From NCBI GenBank assembly GCA_963721805.1, contig CAVRJY010000002.1, positions 576,001 through 640,000 of the forward strand: a stretch of DNA of 64,000 bases, given 5' to 3'. The notes beneath the pieces are model-generated. The model ran no database searches. It saw only the letters and a list, made by a program, of their open reading frames with translations, and was not told the DNA's origin. Positions 1 to 10,406 of the stretch are shown here, one piece after another. Within the stretch, counting starts at the first letter, position 1. The number at the start of each line of letters is the position of its first letter. The DNA is from Nitrospirota bacterium (GTDB lineage: Bacteria; Nitrospirota; Thermodesulfovibrionia; Thermodesulfovibrionales; JdFR-86). A program made the position numbers and the translations under genes.

Positions 1-1797
1 AGGCACGGCAGCATCGTCCGCGTGCTGGAGCACACGCATAAGAGGCTGGCTGGCACATTGATGAAGGCCGGAGATACGCTCTTCGTTAGCCCGCGCGACA
101 AGTCCATGTCCTTCGACGTGGTCGTCACGCGCCCGAAGGGCATCAAGGTCGAGGAGGGCGATATGGTCTCGGCCGAGATCATCGAGTACCCGGCCGACCA
201 GCGCCCGGCCATCGGGCGGATACTCAAGAAGATCCCCGCACCCGACGCCCCGCTTTCGGAGATCGAATCCATCATCGACGAGTACGGCCTGCCCGGGCCG
301 TTCCCCGCCGCTGTGCGCGCCGAGGCCAGGGCGCTTGCGCTCAAGGCCGAGACTGAGGCCGGGGCCAAGAGGCGCGACCTCACCGCCCTGCCGACCGTCA
401 CGATCGACGGCGAGCGGGCGCGGGACTTCGACGACGCGATATCCATAGACCTGAGCCCGCACGGCTATACGCTCTGGGTGCATATCGCGGACGTCGGGCA
501 TTACGTCCCCTGGGGCAGCGTGATAGACACCGAGGCCCGCCAGCGAGGCACGAGCGTGTATTTTCCGGACCGTGTGATCCCTATGCTGCCCAAGGAACTC
601 TCCGAAGACCTGTGCAGCCTCAAGCCCAAGGTGAAACGCGCCGCGTATACGGTGCGCATGGAGTTCGACCGCACCGGTGCGGTGGGCGATACGGAGTTCT
701 TCCCGAGCCTGATCGTGAGCAACGAGCGGATGACGTACACGTCAGTCCGAAAGATACTCGTCGACCAGGACGCCGGCGAGCGCGAGCGCTATAGGGAGCT
801 GCTCCGGGAGTTCGAGCTTATGGACGAACTGGCGGGGCTGATCAGGCAGCGCAGGATGGCGCGCGGCTCGCTGGACTTCGACCTGCCCGAGCCCGAGGTG
901 CTGCTGGACATCCAGGGCCGTCCCGAGGCGATCATCAAGTCAGAGCGCAACCTCGCCCACATGATCATCGAGGAGTTCATGATAGCGGCCAACGAGGCGG
1001 TGGCCGAGCACCTGACCGCACTCGGTCTGCCCGCGCTATACAGGATACACGAGCCCCCGGACCCCAGGAAGGTAGAGGAGGCGCTAAGGGTGCTCAGGCC
1101 CTCGGCCGCGACCAAGCGGCGCGCCGATGCGTCGGCGCTGAGAGCAGCGCTTAAGCAGACCCAGGGCACCGCGTTCGCCGAGGCCGCATCGTATATTGTG
1201 CTTAGGACGCTCAAACAGGCTAGGTATTCGACCGAGAACGCCGGGCACTTCGGCCTCGCCTCAAAGTGCTACCTGCACTTCACCTCCCCTATCAGGCGCT
1301 ACCCTGATCTCGTCGTGCACAGGGTCTTGCGCGAGGCGCTCGGCCACAGGGGCAAGCTCTCGGACGAGCGCCGGGCGGAACTGATGGGCTCGCTTCGGGA
1401 GATCGCGCTTCAGAGCTCGCGCGCCGAGCGCGTGGCCGAGAAGGCAGAGCGCGAGGTCATAGCCGCGATGCGCGTCTGGTTCATGGCGGGCCGCGTTGGC
1501 GAGAGCTTCGACGGCGCGGTCGTCGGCGTCTCGACGCAGGGCATACGCGTCAGGCTCGACGAGTGCTATGTCGACGGGTTCCTGCACGTCTCGTCCCTCA
1601 ATGACGACTACTACGCGTACGACGAGCGCTCGGTGCTGCTCAGGGGCAAGCGCACCAACAGGACATTCGGGCTGGGGCAGGCCGTGAGGGTGAGGCTCGA
1701 GAGGGTGGACCGCGCCGAGCGCGAGCTGCTCTTCGCTCTCGTGGTCGAGGCGAGGAAGGCCCCGGTCAGGCCTGGCCGTTTAAGACGGCGTGGATGA
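1..1797 (+). CDS. rnr: Ribonuclease R (5' end outside window)
   Basis: RNB motif TIDGERARDFDDAIS, HFTSPIRRYPDL, C-terminal S1 domain and basic tail; frame is open from base 1. Confidence 0.95.
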   Translation, partial: RHGSIVRVLEHTHKRLAGTLMKAGDTLFVSPRDKSMSFDVVVTRPKGIKVEEGDMVSAEIIEYPADQRPAIGRILKKIPAPDAPLSEIESIIDEYGLPGPFPAAVRAEARALALKAETEAGAKRRDLTALPTVTIDGERARDFDDAISIDLSPHGYTLWVHIADVGHYVPWGSVIDTEARQRGTSVYFPDRVIPMLPKELSEDLCSLKPKVKRAAYTVRMEFDRTGAVGDTEFFPSLIVSNERMTYTSVRKILVDQDAGERERYRELLREFELMDELAGLIRQRRMARGSLDFDLPEPEVLLDIQGRPEAIIKSERNLAHMIIEEFMIAANEAVAEHLTALGLPALYRIHEPPDPRKVEEALRVLRPSAATKRRADASALRAALKQTQGTAFAEAASYIVLRTLKQARYSTENAGHFGLASKCYLHFTSPIRRYPDLVVHRVLREALGHRGKLSDERRAELMGSLREIALQSSRAERVAEKAEREVIAAMRVWFMAGRVGESFDGAVVGVSTQGIRVRLDECYVDGFLHVSSLNDDYYAYDERSVLLRGKRTNRTFGLGQAVRVRLERVDRAERELLFALVVEARKAPVRPGRLRRRG

Positions 1798-4762
1798 CCC
1801 GGCTTAATTCCTCGATCCTGTAGGGCTTGCTTATCATAGCGGCGAAGCCGAATTTTTTGTGGTCGCTCATCACCGGGTCGTTGGAGTAGCCGCTTGAGAC
1901 CACGGCCTTGACGAACATGTCGAGTTCGCGCAGCCTCGCCATGGCCTCCATGCCGCCCATGCCGCCGGGGATCGTGAGGTCCATGACCACGACGTCGAAT
2001 CTCTTCCCCTCGCGCAGGGCCTGCTTGTACTGTTCGATGCAGGCCTCGCCGTCCTCTGCGAAGCTCACCTCATAGCCCAGGAATTTCAGGGCCTCGCCCA
2101 GCGACTCCCTGATGCCCATGTCGTCGTCCATCACGAGCAGCCGCCCGGTGCCGTGCATGACCTTCTGCGCGGCCGGTTTCGCCGGTATGGCCTTGGAGTC
2201 GGTGGCGGGCAGAAAAAAGGTGAACGTCGCCCCGTCGCCCTCGGCCGAGCGGGCAACGATATGGCCATCGTGCTTTTTTATGATCGAATAGGTCGATGCG
2301 AGGCCGAGCCCGCTGCCGCCGGGTTTGGTCGTGAAGTAGGGGTCGAAGATGTGCGGCAGGTTTGCCTCGGATATGCCGGTGCCCTGGTCCCGGACCGAGA
2401 CCTTGACGTAGCGTCCGGCCGGAAGCGGCGGGACCTCGCCAGCTTTGAGCGTGGCGTTTTCGGCCGAGATCGCGATGCTGCCGCCCTTGGGCATGGCCTG
2501 GCTCGCGTTGATGATCAGGTTGTTGATGACCTGGCTGATCTGGCCCTCGTCGATGTCCACGTGCCACAGGTCGTCGGCGAAGCGGTTGATGCACCTGACG
2601 TTGGAGCCCCTGAGGGCGAACTCCGAGGAATCGCTGATGAGGTCCGAGATCGAGGCGGTCGTCTTTACGGGCGAGCCGCTTTTTGAGAACGTAAGGAGCT
2701 GCTGCGTGAGGTCGCGCGCGCGGAGCGCGGCCTTCTCGGCGGTGACCATGCGGCGGTGGACGTCCGAGCCCGAGTCGGTCGAGAGCTTGGCCAGCGATAT
2801 GCTGCTGAGGATCGAGGTGAGGATGTTGTTGAAGTCGTGCGCGAGGCCTCCGGCCACTATCGCCATGGATTCGAGCCTCTGGGCCTTCAGGAGTTCCTCC
2901 TCGGCGCGCTTGCGCTCGACCATCTCGCGCTGAAGGCTCAGGTTGGCGTCCCTGAGTTCGGCCGTGCGTTCGTCTACGAGCGACGCGAGCCGCTCGCGGT
3001 GCTGCCTGAGTTCGTCCTCGTCCGCCTTGCGGTCGGTGATGTCGGTGGCGACCGTAAGCCTCACGAGCTTCTCGTCGACCCACCGGATGGCGCGGTCGTG
3101 GACGTCGAGCCAGCGGCCGGTCTTCTTGTTGAACTGCTCCCACTGGTGGACTCCGGTCGGGTTACCGTCGGCGTCGATCAGGAACTGGTTTGTGCAGAAA
3201 TCGCACGGGCTGTTCTTGCCCTCCTGGAGCACGTCCCAGCACCTGGCCCCAATGGGCTCGCCGCCGCCGAAGTGCTCACGGAGGTATTTGTTCGCGAAGA
3301 GCAGCTCGCCGGTATGCATGTCGGCCACGTATACGACCGCATCGAGGCTGTCCATGACCGCCATAAAACGCTCGTGGGAGCGCTGGATCGCGAGGGCGTC
3401 CCTGCGGCGCTCGATCTGCTGAGCGAGCTGGTTTGCGATCAGCTGCAGGGTGACGGACTTGTGCTGGATGTCGCGGTGCGCGGTGTCGGCCACCGCGATC
3501 TGGCCGTACGTGGCGGACCTGGTCATCACGGGGACGCTTATGTATACGTCCGCACCGAGCGCCTTGAGGGCCGCAAGCGACGGGTCGTCGCTTTGCTGGA
3601 TCTTCTGCAGCAGCAGGGGCGAGCCGTCTTCGGGCATGGGCGGCAGAGTGTCCGGGAAGACGGACCCCGCGGTGATGGACTCGTAGCGCCCCGCGTATTC
3701 GCCGTCATCCGAGGCGTTGGAGTTTATGTCTATGGCTACGAACGGGAAATGGATCTTTTTCGAGAGTTCCTCAGGCAGCTGGCCGAACGTGGTGTGGATG
3801 TCGCCGGCCGAGAGCAGCAGCTGAGTGACTGTGTTGATGGCGTCCTTGGCCTCCTCGGCCTTGACCTGCGCCTTGCGGCTCCGAAGCGAGGTGAGCCAGT
3901 GAGAGAGGCTGTTTGAGAGTTCCACCAGTAGGTCGAACTCCGCCTGTTCGAAGCGCGAGGGGCTGGAGCACAGCAGCGTCAGGGCACCGACCGGCGCGCG
4001 GTCGACCGTAACGGGCAGCGCGAGCGCCGAGCCGAACCCGAGCTTGTTATATGGCGAGAGCGAGACGCTGGTCTCTGACTGGTTCAGGGCAATGGGCATG
4101 CCGCTTCGGAGCACCGCGGCGGTCGGCCCGAGCATCTCGTCGATACTGGGCGAGGCGCCGAGGGAGGCGATGTACCCGTTGTCCTCGCCGGCCATGGCCA
4201 TAGGGATGATCGCGCCGCTGGATTCCTCGTCCCTGTAGCAGACCCATGCGAAGTCGTAGTCGCCGTGCTCGACGACTATGCGGCAGAGGTCTCCGAGCAG
4301 CGTCTGCTCGTCGGAGGCGTGCATGAGCGCTGTGCCGCATTCGTTCATGGTCTTGAGGGTCTTGTTAATGCGCTTGAGCTCGTCCTCGGTGCGTTTTTTG
4401 TACAGCGCCATCTGGATCGTGAAGCGCAGTTCCCTGTTCTCGAAGGGCTTGATCAGATAGCCGAACGGGTCTATGTCGCCGATGCTCTCAAGGATGCTTT
4501 CAGTCGCGTATGCGGTCAGGAATACGACCGGGATGCCGAGCTCCATGCGTATGGTCCGCGCGGCCTCGATGCCGTTGATGTCGCCCTCCAGCACGATGTC
4601 CATCAGGACGATATCGGGGGAGGACGTGCGCGCGGCCATGATGGCCCCCTGGCCGGAGGACTCGATGCCGACCACCTCGTAGCCCAGGCCGCCGAGGGCG
4701 TCGGAGAGGTCGTCCGCGATCAGGCTTTCGTCTTCGACAATGAGTATGCGTGTTCTGGCCAT
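1766..4762 (-). CDS. Hybrid sensor histidine kinase (REC-GAF-GAF-PAS-HisKA-HATPase-REC)
   Basis: N-terminal REC (ILIVEDE..VLMDI), H-box AHDFNNIL, FDPYFTTK/GSGLGL, C-terminal REC (LLVMDDD..VVMDLTIP). Confidence 0.93.
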   Translation of the reverse strand: MARTRILIVEDESLIADDLSDALGGLGYEVVGIESSGQGAIMAARTSSPDIVLMDIVLEGDINGIEAARTIRMELGIPVVFLTAYATESILESIGDIDPFGYLIKPFENRELRFTIQMALYKKRTEDELKRINKTLKTMNECGTALMHASDEQTLLGDLCRIVVEHGDYDFAWVCYRDEESSGAIIPMAMAGEDNGYIASLGASPSIDEMLGPTAAVLRSGMPIALNQSETSVSLSPYNKLGFGSALALPVTVDRAPVGALTLLCSSPSRFEQAEFDLLVELSNSLSHWLTSLRSRKAQVKAEEAKDAINTVTQLLLSAGDIHTTFGQLPEELSKKIHFPFVAIDINSNASDDGEYAGRYESITAGSVFPDTLPPMPEDGSPLLLQKIQQSDDPSLAALKALGADVYISVPVMTRSATYGQIAVADTAHRDIQHKSVTLQLIANQLAQQIERRRDALAIQRSHERFMAVMDSLDAVVYVADMHTGELLFANKYLREHFGGGEPIGARCWDVLQEGKNSPCDFCTNQFLIDADGNPTGVHQWEQFNKKTGRWLDVHDRAIRWVDEKLVRLTVATDITDRKADEDELRQHRERLASLVDERTAELRDANLSLQREMVERKRAEEELLKAQRLESMAIVAGGLAHDFNNILTSILSSISLAKLSTDSGSDVHRRMVTAEKAALRARDLTQQLLTFSKSGSPVKTTASISDLISDSSEFALRGSNVRCINRFADDLWHVDIDEGQISQVINNLIINASQAMPKGGSIAISAENATLKAGEVPPLPAGRYVKVSVRDQGTGISEANLPHIFDPYFTTKPGGSGLGLASTYSIIKKHDGHIVARSAEGDGATFTFFLPATDSKAIPAKPAAQKVMHGTGRLLVMDDDMGIRESLGEALKFLGYEVSFAEDGEACIEQYKQALREGKRFDVVVMDLTIPGGMGGMEAMARLRELDMFVKAVVSSGYSNDPVMSDHKKFGFAAMISKPYRIEELSRVIHAVLNGQA

Positions 4763-4829
4763 TGAGATTTACATTGTACTATAAAGAATTGCCACTTGTA
4801 ACTATCAGGGATATTCGATAGAATATTAC

Positions 4830-5051
4830 ATGTCACGCGACAAGGTCGAGGCCGCGCTCGCAAAAGTCAGAGAAGGGCTCAAGGCCGAGGGCGGCGATAT
4901 CGAACTCGTGGATTACCGCGACGGGACGGTATACGTGCGCATGAAGGGCGCGTGCGGCACGTGTCCGATGTCGCAGCTAACGCTCACCAACTGGGTCGAG
5001 ACAACGTTAAAAAGCGAACTCCCGGAGGTCGTAGCGGTGAAGGCGGTCTGA
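4830..5051 (+). CDS. NifU-C/NfuA-type Fe-S carrier
   Basis: GGDIELVD...GACGTCP CxxC motif. Confidence 0.9.
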   Translation: MSRDKVEAALAKVREGLKAEGGDIELVDYRDGTVYVRMKGACGTCPMSQLTLTNWVETTLKSELPEVVAVKAV

Positions 5052-6526
5052 TGCGGCGCTCAGGGTTGGGGCTCATATTGTGCGCCCTTGCGATAGGGCT
5101 GTTATCGCTGCCCGCTTTATCGTTAGCGTCAGAGCCCGCTGGCAGGTATAAGGTCTCGGACATCCGGCTTCACAGAGGGGGCGGCGTTTCTACGCGCGTC
5201 GAGGTGGTCTTAAACGGTATCCCGCAATACAAGGTCAGGGTCCTCGGGGAGCCGGACCGCTTATTTTTGGACCTCGACTCCACCGCGCTTGGCTCGTTCG
5301 ACGGCAAATACCTGCAAGTCAAAGAAAACGGCATCATAAGGCGTATCCGCGCCGCACAGTTTTCCTCCGCCACGGCTCGGATAGTCCTGGACCTTTACGC
5401 CAAATCCGAATACACGGTCTCTGCCGCGCAGAACCCCCCAAGGCTGCTTATCGAGCTTAAGGCCGCATCCACCTCCAAGGCCGAGCTTCAAGTCAAACAG
5501 AGCCTTGTCGCCGCCAGGATGAAACAGCCCGTGGCGGCCGATGCCCACGCGAAGGCTGAGGCGGTCGCGAAGATCGCGGCCGATGCGGCAGCCAAGGCAG
5601 TGGCCCCCTCCATATCAGAGTCTCCGAAGCAGCCGAAGCAGCCGCTATCAGTCTCTGCCAAGGCCGAGATCCCCTCTGTACCAGAGTCTCCCAAGGCAGC
5701 TTTAGCCGAGGCGCCGGCGATGCCTGCCCATGATACCGCGCCGAAGCTTGAGGCCCCGTTGGCAGCCGAGCCGTTTAAGCAGCCGAAGGCAGCGCTGGCG
5801 AAGGCGGATGCCCCGCATATCAGGAGCATCGTGATCGACCCCGGCCACGGAGGGCACGATTCAGGCGCACTAGGCCCCGGCGGGCTTATGGAGAAAGACG
5901 TGGTGCTAGAGATCGCAAAGGACCTCAAGGCCAGCCTCGAGGCAACCGGCGGATACAAGGTTTACCTTACGCGCTCGACTGACGTATTCCTCACGCTCGA
6001 GGAGCGCACGGCGTATGCCAACCGCAGGGGCGCGGACCTCTTCGTCTCCGTGCACGCAAATGCGGACAAGGCCAAGCGCGGCCACGGCGTCGAGACCTAT
6101 CTGCTCAACTGGACCGACGACGAGGAGTCGATGAAGGTCGCGTCGAGGGAAAACCGGATCTCGATAGCGAGGATGAAAAAGAGGCGAAGCGCGGTAGACC
6201 AGATACTGGATTCGCTGGCGACCCAGAACAAGCGCGACGAGTCGCTGATGCTCGCCCACCTAGTGCAGGACTCCATCATCGGCTCGGCCTCGCGGGACTA
6301 TGACGGGGTGCTGAGCCTTGGCGTCAAGCAGGCTTTTTTCTATGTGCTCATTGGCGCGAAGATGCCCTCGATACTGGTCGAGACCTCGTTCATATCAAAC
6401 AGCATGGAGGCGAAGCGCCTTGCCTCGGCAAAGTACCGGGCGGCAATCGCCGACGGCATCTCAAGCGGAATCAACTCGTACTTCGCCGGTCCCGTCCCGG
6501 CCCGGACCACCATTGCCAGAAAGTAA
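5051..6526 (+). CDS. amiC: N-acetylmuramoyl-L-alanine amidase (AMIN + Amidase_3)
   Basis: Signal peptide, AMIN domain, IDPGHGGHD, SVHANA, ILVETSFISN; ATG overlaps the upstream TGA. Confidence 0.9.
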   Translation: MRRSGLGLILCALAIGLLSLPALSLASEPAGRYKVSDIRLHRGGGVSTRVEVVLNGIPQYKVRVLGEPDRLFLDLDSTALGSFDGKYLQVKENGIIRRIRAAQFSSATARIVLDLYAKSEYTVSAAQNPPRLLIELKAASTSKAELQVKQSLVAARMKQPVAADAHAKAEAVAKIAADAAAKAVAPSISESPKQPKQPLSVSAKAEIPSVPESPKAALAEAPAMPAHDTAPKLEAPLAAEPFKQPKAALAKADAPHIRSIVIDPGHGGHDSGALGPGGLMEKDVVLEIAKDLKASLEATGGYKVYLTRSTDVFLTLEERTAYANRRGADLFVSVHANADKAKRGHGVETYLLNWTDDEESMKVASRENRISIARMKKRRSAVDQILDSLATQNKRDESLMLAHLVQDSIIGSASRDYDGVLSLGVKQAFFYVLIGAKMPSILVETSFISNSMEAKRLASAKYRAAIADGISSGINSYFAGPVPARTTIARK

Positions 6527-8114
6527 GTTCCAATCCCTCGTCCTAAAGGGAGGACTGCTCTATGACGGCACGGGCCTGCCCCCTGAGCGCGCCGACATAT
6601 TCATCAAAGACGGCGTCATCGAGGAGGTCGAGCCCCTCGTAGAGAAATCCGCGGAAGTGCTGGATATAACCGGACTGGCGGTCTCGCCGGGCTTCATCGA
6701 CGCCCATGCGCATTCGGAGTTCGCGCTCCTTGCGAACCCCGCGGCCGCAGGCGGGAAGCTCCTGCAAGGCATAACGACCGAGATAAACGGCAACTGCGGC
6801 CTGTCGGCCGCGCCGCTTTTGGGCGCGGCGCTCTCGCAGCGAGAGGCCGACTTGGCGGCTTACGGGATCAAGGAGCGGTGGGAGAATTTCGCTCAGTACT
6901 TCGACCTTCTAAGAAAGCGCGGCCTTGGCCTGAACTTCGCCACTCTCGCAGGCCACGGCAACATCCGGGCCTCGGTAGTGGGATACGAGGACCGAGCGCC
7001 TTCAGCCGATGAACTGCACCGCATGTGCGACTTGCTGGCGCAAGCTCTCAGAGAAGGCGCAATCGGTCTCTCGACCGGGCTCATCTATCCGCCAGGCATA
7101 TATTCGACCACCGAGGAGCTGATCGAGCTTGCCAACGCGGGGGCAGCCGAATACAGGGACTTCATCTATACGACCCATATGCGCAGCGAGGGAAAACGGC
7201 TGCTTGAGTCCATTGCCGAGACGATGCGCATCGGCCGCGATGCGATGGTGCGCGTCCATATATCCCACATCAAGACCGCGGACAGGCCAAACTGGCACAA
7301 GATAGACAGCGCCATACGGATGCTCGGTGACGCGCGCGAGGAGGGCCTGACGGTCACGGCGGACCGCTACCCATATACCGCCTCGTCGACCGACCTCGAC
7401 GCGGCGCTCCCGAACTGGGTGTACATCGGCGGCAACGCCGAAGAGCTTAAACGGCTCCGTGACCCCGATACACGCGTCCGCATCGCGTCCGAGGTGGAGG
7501 CCATGAACCGCGACTGGAGCACGGCAGTAGTCGCGGCCGTCGAGAGCGACGAGAGCCGCTGGATGGAGGGCTTGAGCGTGGCCGAGATCGCCACTCGGAT
7601 GGGTGTCCCTCCGGTCGAGGCCCTGCTGAGGTTGCTGGACGCGGAATCCCTGCGCGTGGGCGCTATTTTTCATTCGATGACAGAGGAAAACCTGCTCCGA
7701 TTCCTCGCGCTTCCTTATGTGATGATCGGCACCGACAGCACCACGCGGTCGATGACCGGCAAGGGAAAGCCGCACCCGCGAGGGTTCGGGAGCTTCCCAA
7801 GATACCTTGGCCGATACGCGGCCGGAAACCTCGCGGCAGCGATACACAAATGCACGATGCTCCCGGCCACGACATTCGGCATCCGGAGCAGGGGGCGGAT
7901 ATCGCCCGGCCACTGGGCCGACCTCGTCGTGTTCGACCCTCAAAAGATCATGGATACCGCCACGTTTGACAACCCTTATCAGACCCCGCGTGGGATACAA
8001 CATGTCTTCGTAAACGGTGTCGCGGCCGTGCGTGATGGCGCGCTTACGAACGCGCTTGCGGGCTTAGTCCTCCGAAACGGCGGGCATGCTCCCTTCGAGC
8101 CCCAGGCCGACTGA
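6513..8114 (+). CDS. N-acyl-D-amino-acid deacylase (amidohydrolase)
   Basis: PGFIDAHAH, GNCG, HMRSEG, HISHIK, PHPRGFGSFPR; TTG start inferred. Confidence 0.88.
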   Translation: MPESKFQSLVLKGGLLYDGTGLPPERADIFIKDGVIEEVEPLVEKSAEVLDITGLAVSPGFIDAHAHSEFALLANPAAAGGKLLQGITTEINGNCGLSAAPLLGAALSQREADLAAYGIKERWENFAQYFDLLRKRGLGLNFATLAGHGNIRASVVGYEDRAPSADELHRMCDLLAQALREGAIGLSTGLIYPPGIYSTTEELIELANAGAAEYRDFIYTTHMRSEGKRLLESIAETMRIGRDAMVRVHISHIKTADRPNWHKIDSAIRMLGDAREEGLTVTADRYPYTASSTDLDAALPNWVYIGGNAEELKRLRDPDTRVRIASEVEAMNRDWSTAVVAAVESDESRWMEGLSVAEIATRMGVPPVEALLRLLDAESLRVGAIFHSMTEENLLRFLALPYVMIGTDSTTRSMTGKGKPHPRGFGSFPRYLGRYAAGNLAAAIHKCTMLPATTFGIRSRGRISPGHWADLVVFDPQKIMDTATFDNPYQTPRGIQHVFVNGVAAVRDGALTNALAGLVLRNGGHAPFEPQAD

Positions 8115-8122
8115 CCGCAGGG

Positions 8123-8815
8123 ATGCGAAAGTGGATAAACAGCGCCAATAACGCCATCGAAGGCATCCTGCACGCCGTACGGACGCAGCGCCATGTCAGG
8201 TATCACTTCTACGCCGCAGCCATAGTGCTCTTGACGAGCTACGTCCTGGGCGTGACCAAGAACGAGTTTCTGATCATCGCGCTTACGGTGATTATCGTGC
8301 TCTCGGCCGAGATGCTCAACAGCGCGCTGGAGAACGTCGTCGACATGGTCTCGCCGCACCATAGCGAGAAGGCCCGCACAGCCAAGGACATGGCCGCCGG
8401 CGCGGTCCTTACCGTTGCGTTCGGGGCGGTCGTGGTCGGCTATATAGTGCTATTCCCATATCTGCGCAGGATATTCGAGAAGGGCTTCGTGATGACGCAC
8501 CACTCGCCCGAGGAGGTGGCGATCATCGCGCTGATCATGGTGCTGATCGTCGTGGTGCTGCTTAAGGCGTATTTCGGAAGCGGGCTTCCGCTGCGGGGCG
8601 GGATGCCGAGCGGCCACAGCGCCCTGGCGTTCTCGGTGTGGGTCTCGGCCTCGATGATAACGCGGAGCATGTTCGTCTCGGCGCTCTGTCTGGCGCTGGC
8701 GATCGTGATCGGACAGAGCCGCATATCGGCCGGGGTGCACAGGCTGCGCGAGGTCCTGGCCGGCGCGGCGCTGGGCGCCGCTCTCACGTACCTGCTGTTT
8801 TTGGCCTTCCTATGA
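8123..8815 (+). CDS. DgkA-family (diacylglycerol/undecaprenol) kinase fused to PAP2 phosphatase
   Basis: EMLNSALENVVD..AKDMAAGAV followed by GGMPSGHS..SRI..GVH PAP2 motifs. Confidence 0.88.
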   Translation: MRKWINSANNAIEGILHAVRTQRHVRYHFYAAAIVLLTSYVLGVTKNEFLIIALTVIIVLSAEMLNSALENVVDMVSPHHSEKARTAKDMAAGAVLTVAFGAVVVGYIVLFPYLRRIFEKGFVMTHHSPEEVAIIALIMVLIVVVLLKAYFGSGLPLRGGMPSGHSALAFSVWVSASMITRSMFVSALCLALAIVIGQSRISAGVHRLREVLAGAALGAALTYLLFLAFL

Positions 8816-9693
8816 GGGAGCACGTAGAGCCGTTCCTCTCTTACATGGAGGTCCAGCGGGGGGCGTCGCCTCATACCGTCAGGGCCTACCGCAAGGACCT
8901 CGATCAGTTTTTCGCATCATCCCCGGACGGCGTGGCCCCCGGCGATATCAGGGCCTTTCTCGCCTCCCAGATCCAGGGCGGGCTCAAAAAGAGCACCGCG
9001 TCGCGCAGGCTCGCAGCCCTGCGCTCGTTCTTCCGTTATCTGACCCGCGAGGGCGTGGTCGAGGCCAACCCGGCGAGGCTCGTAAGCTCGCCGAAGCTCC
9101 CTGAAAAACTTCCCCGCTTCCTCACGATAGACGAGATCTTCGGCCTGATCGCGGCAGCCGGGGGAGACGAGTTCGGCGCGGTGCGCGACCGCGCGATCCT
9201 AGAGCTGCTGTATTCCTCGGGCCTGCGCGTGAGCGAACTCGCAGGGCTCACGCTGCGGAATATGAACCTCGACGAGGCGGTGCTGCTCGTGCGCGGCAAG
9301 GGCAGGAAGGAGAGGCTGGTGCCGGTCGGCCGCAAGGCCGTAGAGGCCATGCGCGCATACCTTCCGCTGCGTTTGGGCCTCGGCAGCGAGGAGACCGGGG
9401 TGTTCTTAAATGCGCGCGGCGGGAGGCTCACGGACCGCTCGGTCAGGCGCATCGTGATCAAATATGCCCGCAAGCTCGCGCTATCGGGGAAGGTCAGCCC
9501 CCATACCATACGCCACACCTTCGCGACCCACCTGCTGCACGGGGGGGCCGACCTGCGCGTGATACAGGAGCTTTTGGGGCATTCCTCGCTCTCGACCACC
9601 CAGAAATACACCCACCTCGATATCGCCCGGCTGATGGACGTCTACGACAAGTCACATCCGCTCGCCACGGGCCGGACGGCCGGAGATGATTGA
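8812..9693 (+). CDS. xerC: Tyrosine recombinase XerC
   Basis: RDRAILELLYSSGLRVSEL, HTIRHTFATHLL, LGHSSLSTTQKYTH; ATGA overlap with the upstream gene. Confidence 0.88.
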   Translation: MREHVEPFLSYMEVQRGASPHTVRAYRKDLDQFFASSPDGVAPGDIRAFLASQIQGGLKKSTASRRLAALRSFFRYLTREGVVEANPARLVSSPKLPEKLPRFLTIDEIFGLIAAAGGDEFGAVRDRAILELLYSSGLRVSELAGLTLRNMNLDEAVLLVRGKGRKERLVPVGRKAVEAMRAYLPLRLGLGSEETGVFLNARGGRLTDRSVRRIVIKYARKLALSGKVSPHTIRHTFATHLLHGGADLRVIQELLGHSSLSTTQKYTHLDIARLMDVYDKSHPLATGRTAGDD

Positions 9694-9728
9694 ATTTTCG
9701 GCCCATGTAGCAATAATATAAACACATC

Positions 9729-10406
9729 TTGTCATTACTGGTAAATATTGGCAATATATATAGGCGCATGAGCCATGCCGCGATGAGGGCCGGCCGCGAC
9801 CCCATGGACGTGGACCTGGTGGCGGTCTCCAAGACCATCGGCCTGGATCGCATACGCGAGGCCATAGACGACGGCCTGCGCGTGTTCGGCGAAAGCCGGG
9901 TGCAGGAGGCGGCTCTAAAGGCTCCCGAGATGGCCGCCAGCGGATGCAGCCTCCACCTGGTGGGGCACCTCCAGAAAAACAAGGCTCGCCGCGCGGTCGA
10001 GATGTTCGACCTGATACACTCGGTCGATTCCCTCGACCTCCTTGAGGCCATAGACAGGCATGCCGGAGAGCTCGGCAAGGTGCAGCGCGTGCTGATCGAG
10101 GTCAAGCTCTCGCCCGAGGCGACGAAGACAGGGGCGGACGCCGGGGCGCTCGAAAGTATCTTGAAGGGCGCGGCAGGGATGAATAACGTGAGGATCGAGG
10201 GGCTGATGACCGTCCCCCCGTATGACGAGGACCCCGAGGCTGCAAGGCCGTACTACAGGCGACTGCGGGAGCTCGGGGAGAAGTTCGGGCTTAAGGGGCT
10301 CTCGATGGGCATGTCCCATGATTTTGAGGTCGCGATACTTGAGGGCGCGACCATCGTGCGCGTCGGAAGCGCGATATTCGGCGAAAGGGCGGTGGCCAAG
10401 ACATGA
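9729..10406 (+). CDS. yggS: PLP homeostasis protein
   Basis: LVAVSK, HLVGHLQKNK, LSMGMSHDF..GATIVRVGSAIFG. Confidence 0.95.
   Translation: MSLLVNIGNIYRRMSHAAMRAGRDPMDVDLVAVSKTIGLDRIREAIDDGLRVFGESRVQEAALKAPEMAASGCSLHLVGHLQKNKARRAVEMFDLIHSVDSLDLLEAIDRHAGELGKVQRVLIEVKLSPEATKTGADAGALESILKGAAGMNNVRIEGLMTVPPYDEDPEAARPYYRRLRELGEKFGLKGLSMGMSHDFEVAILEGATIVRVGSAIFGERAVAKT

Noticed and set aside
1766..1797. 32-bp convergent overlap of rnr and the kinase
   Set aside because: Short tail-to-tail overlaps are common in compact genomes and recur elsewhere in this window
8812..9693. Tyrosine recombinase as a prophage/island integrase
   Set aside because: XerC-type motifs, embedded in a housekeeping operon, with no att repeats, tRNA or phage genes nearby
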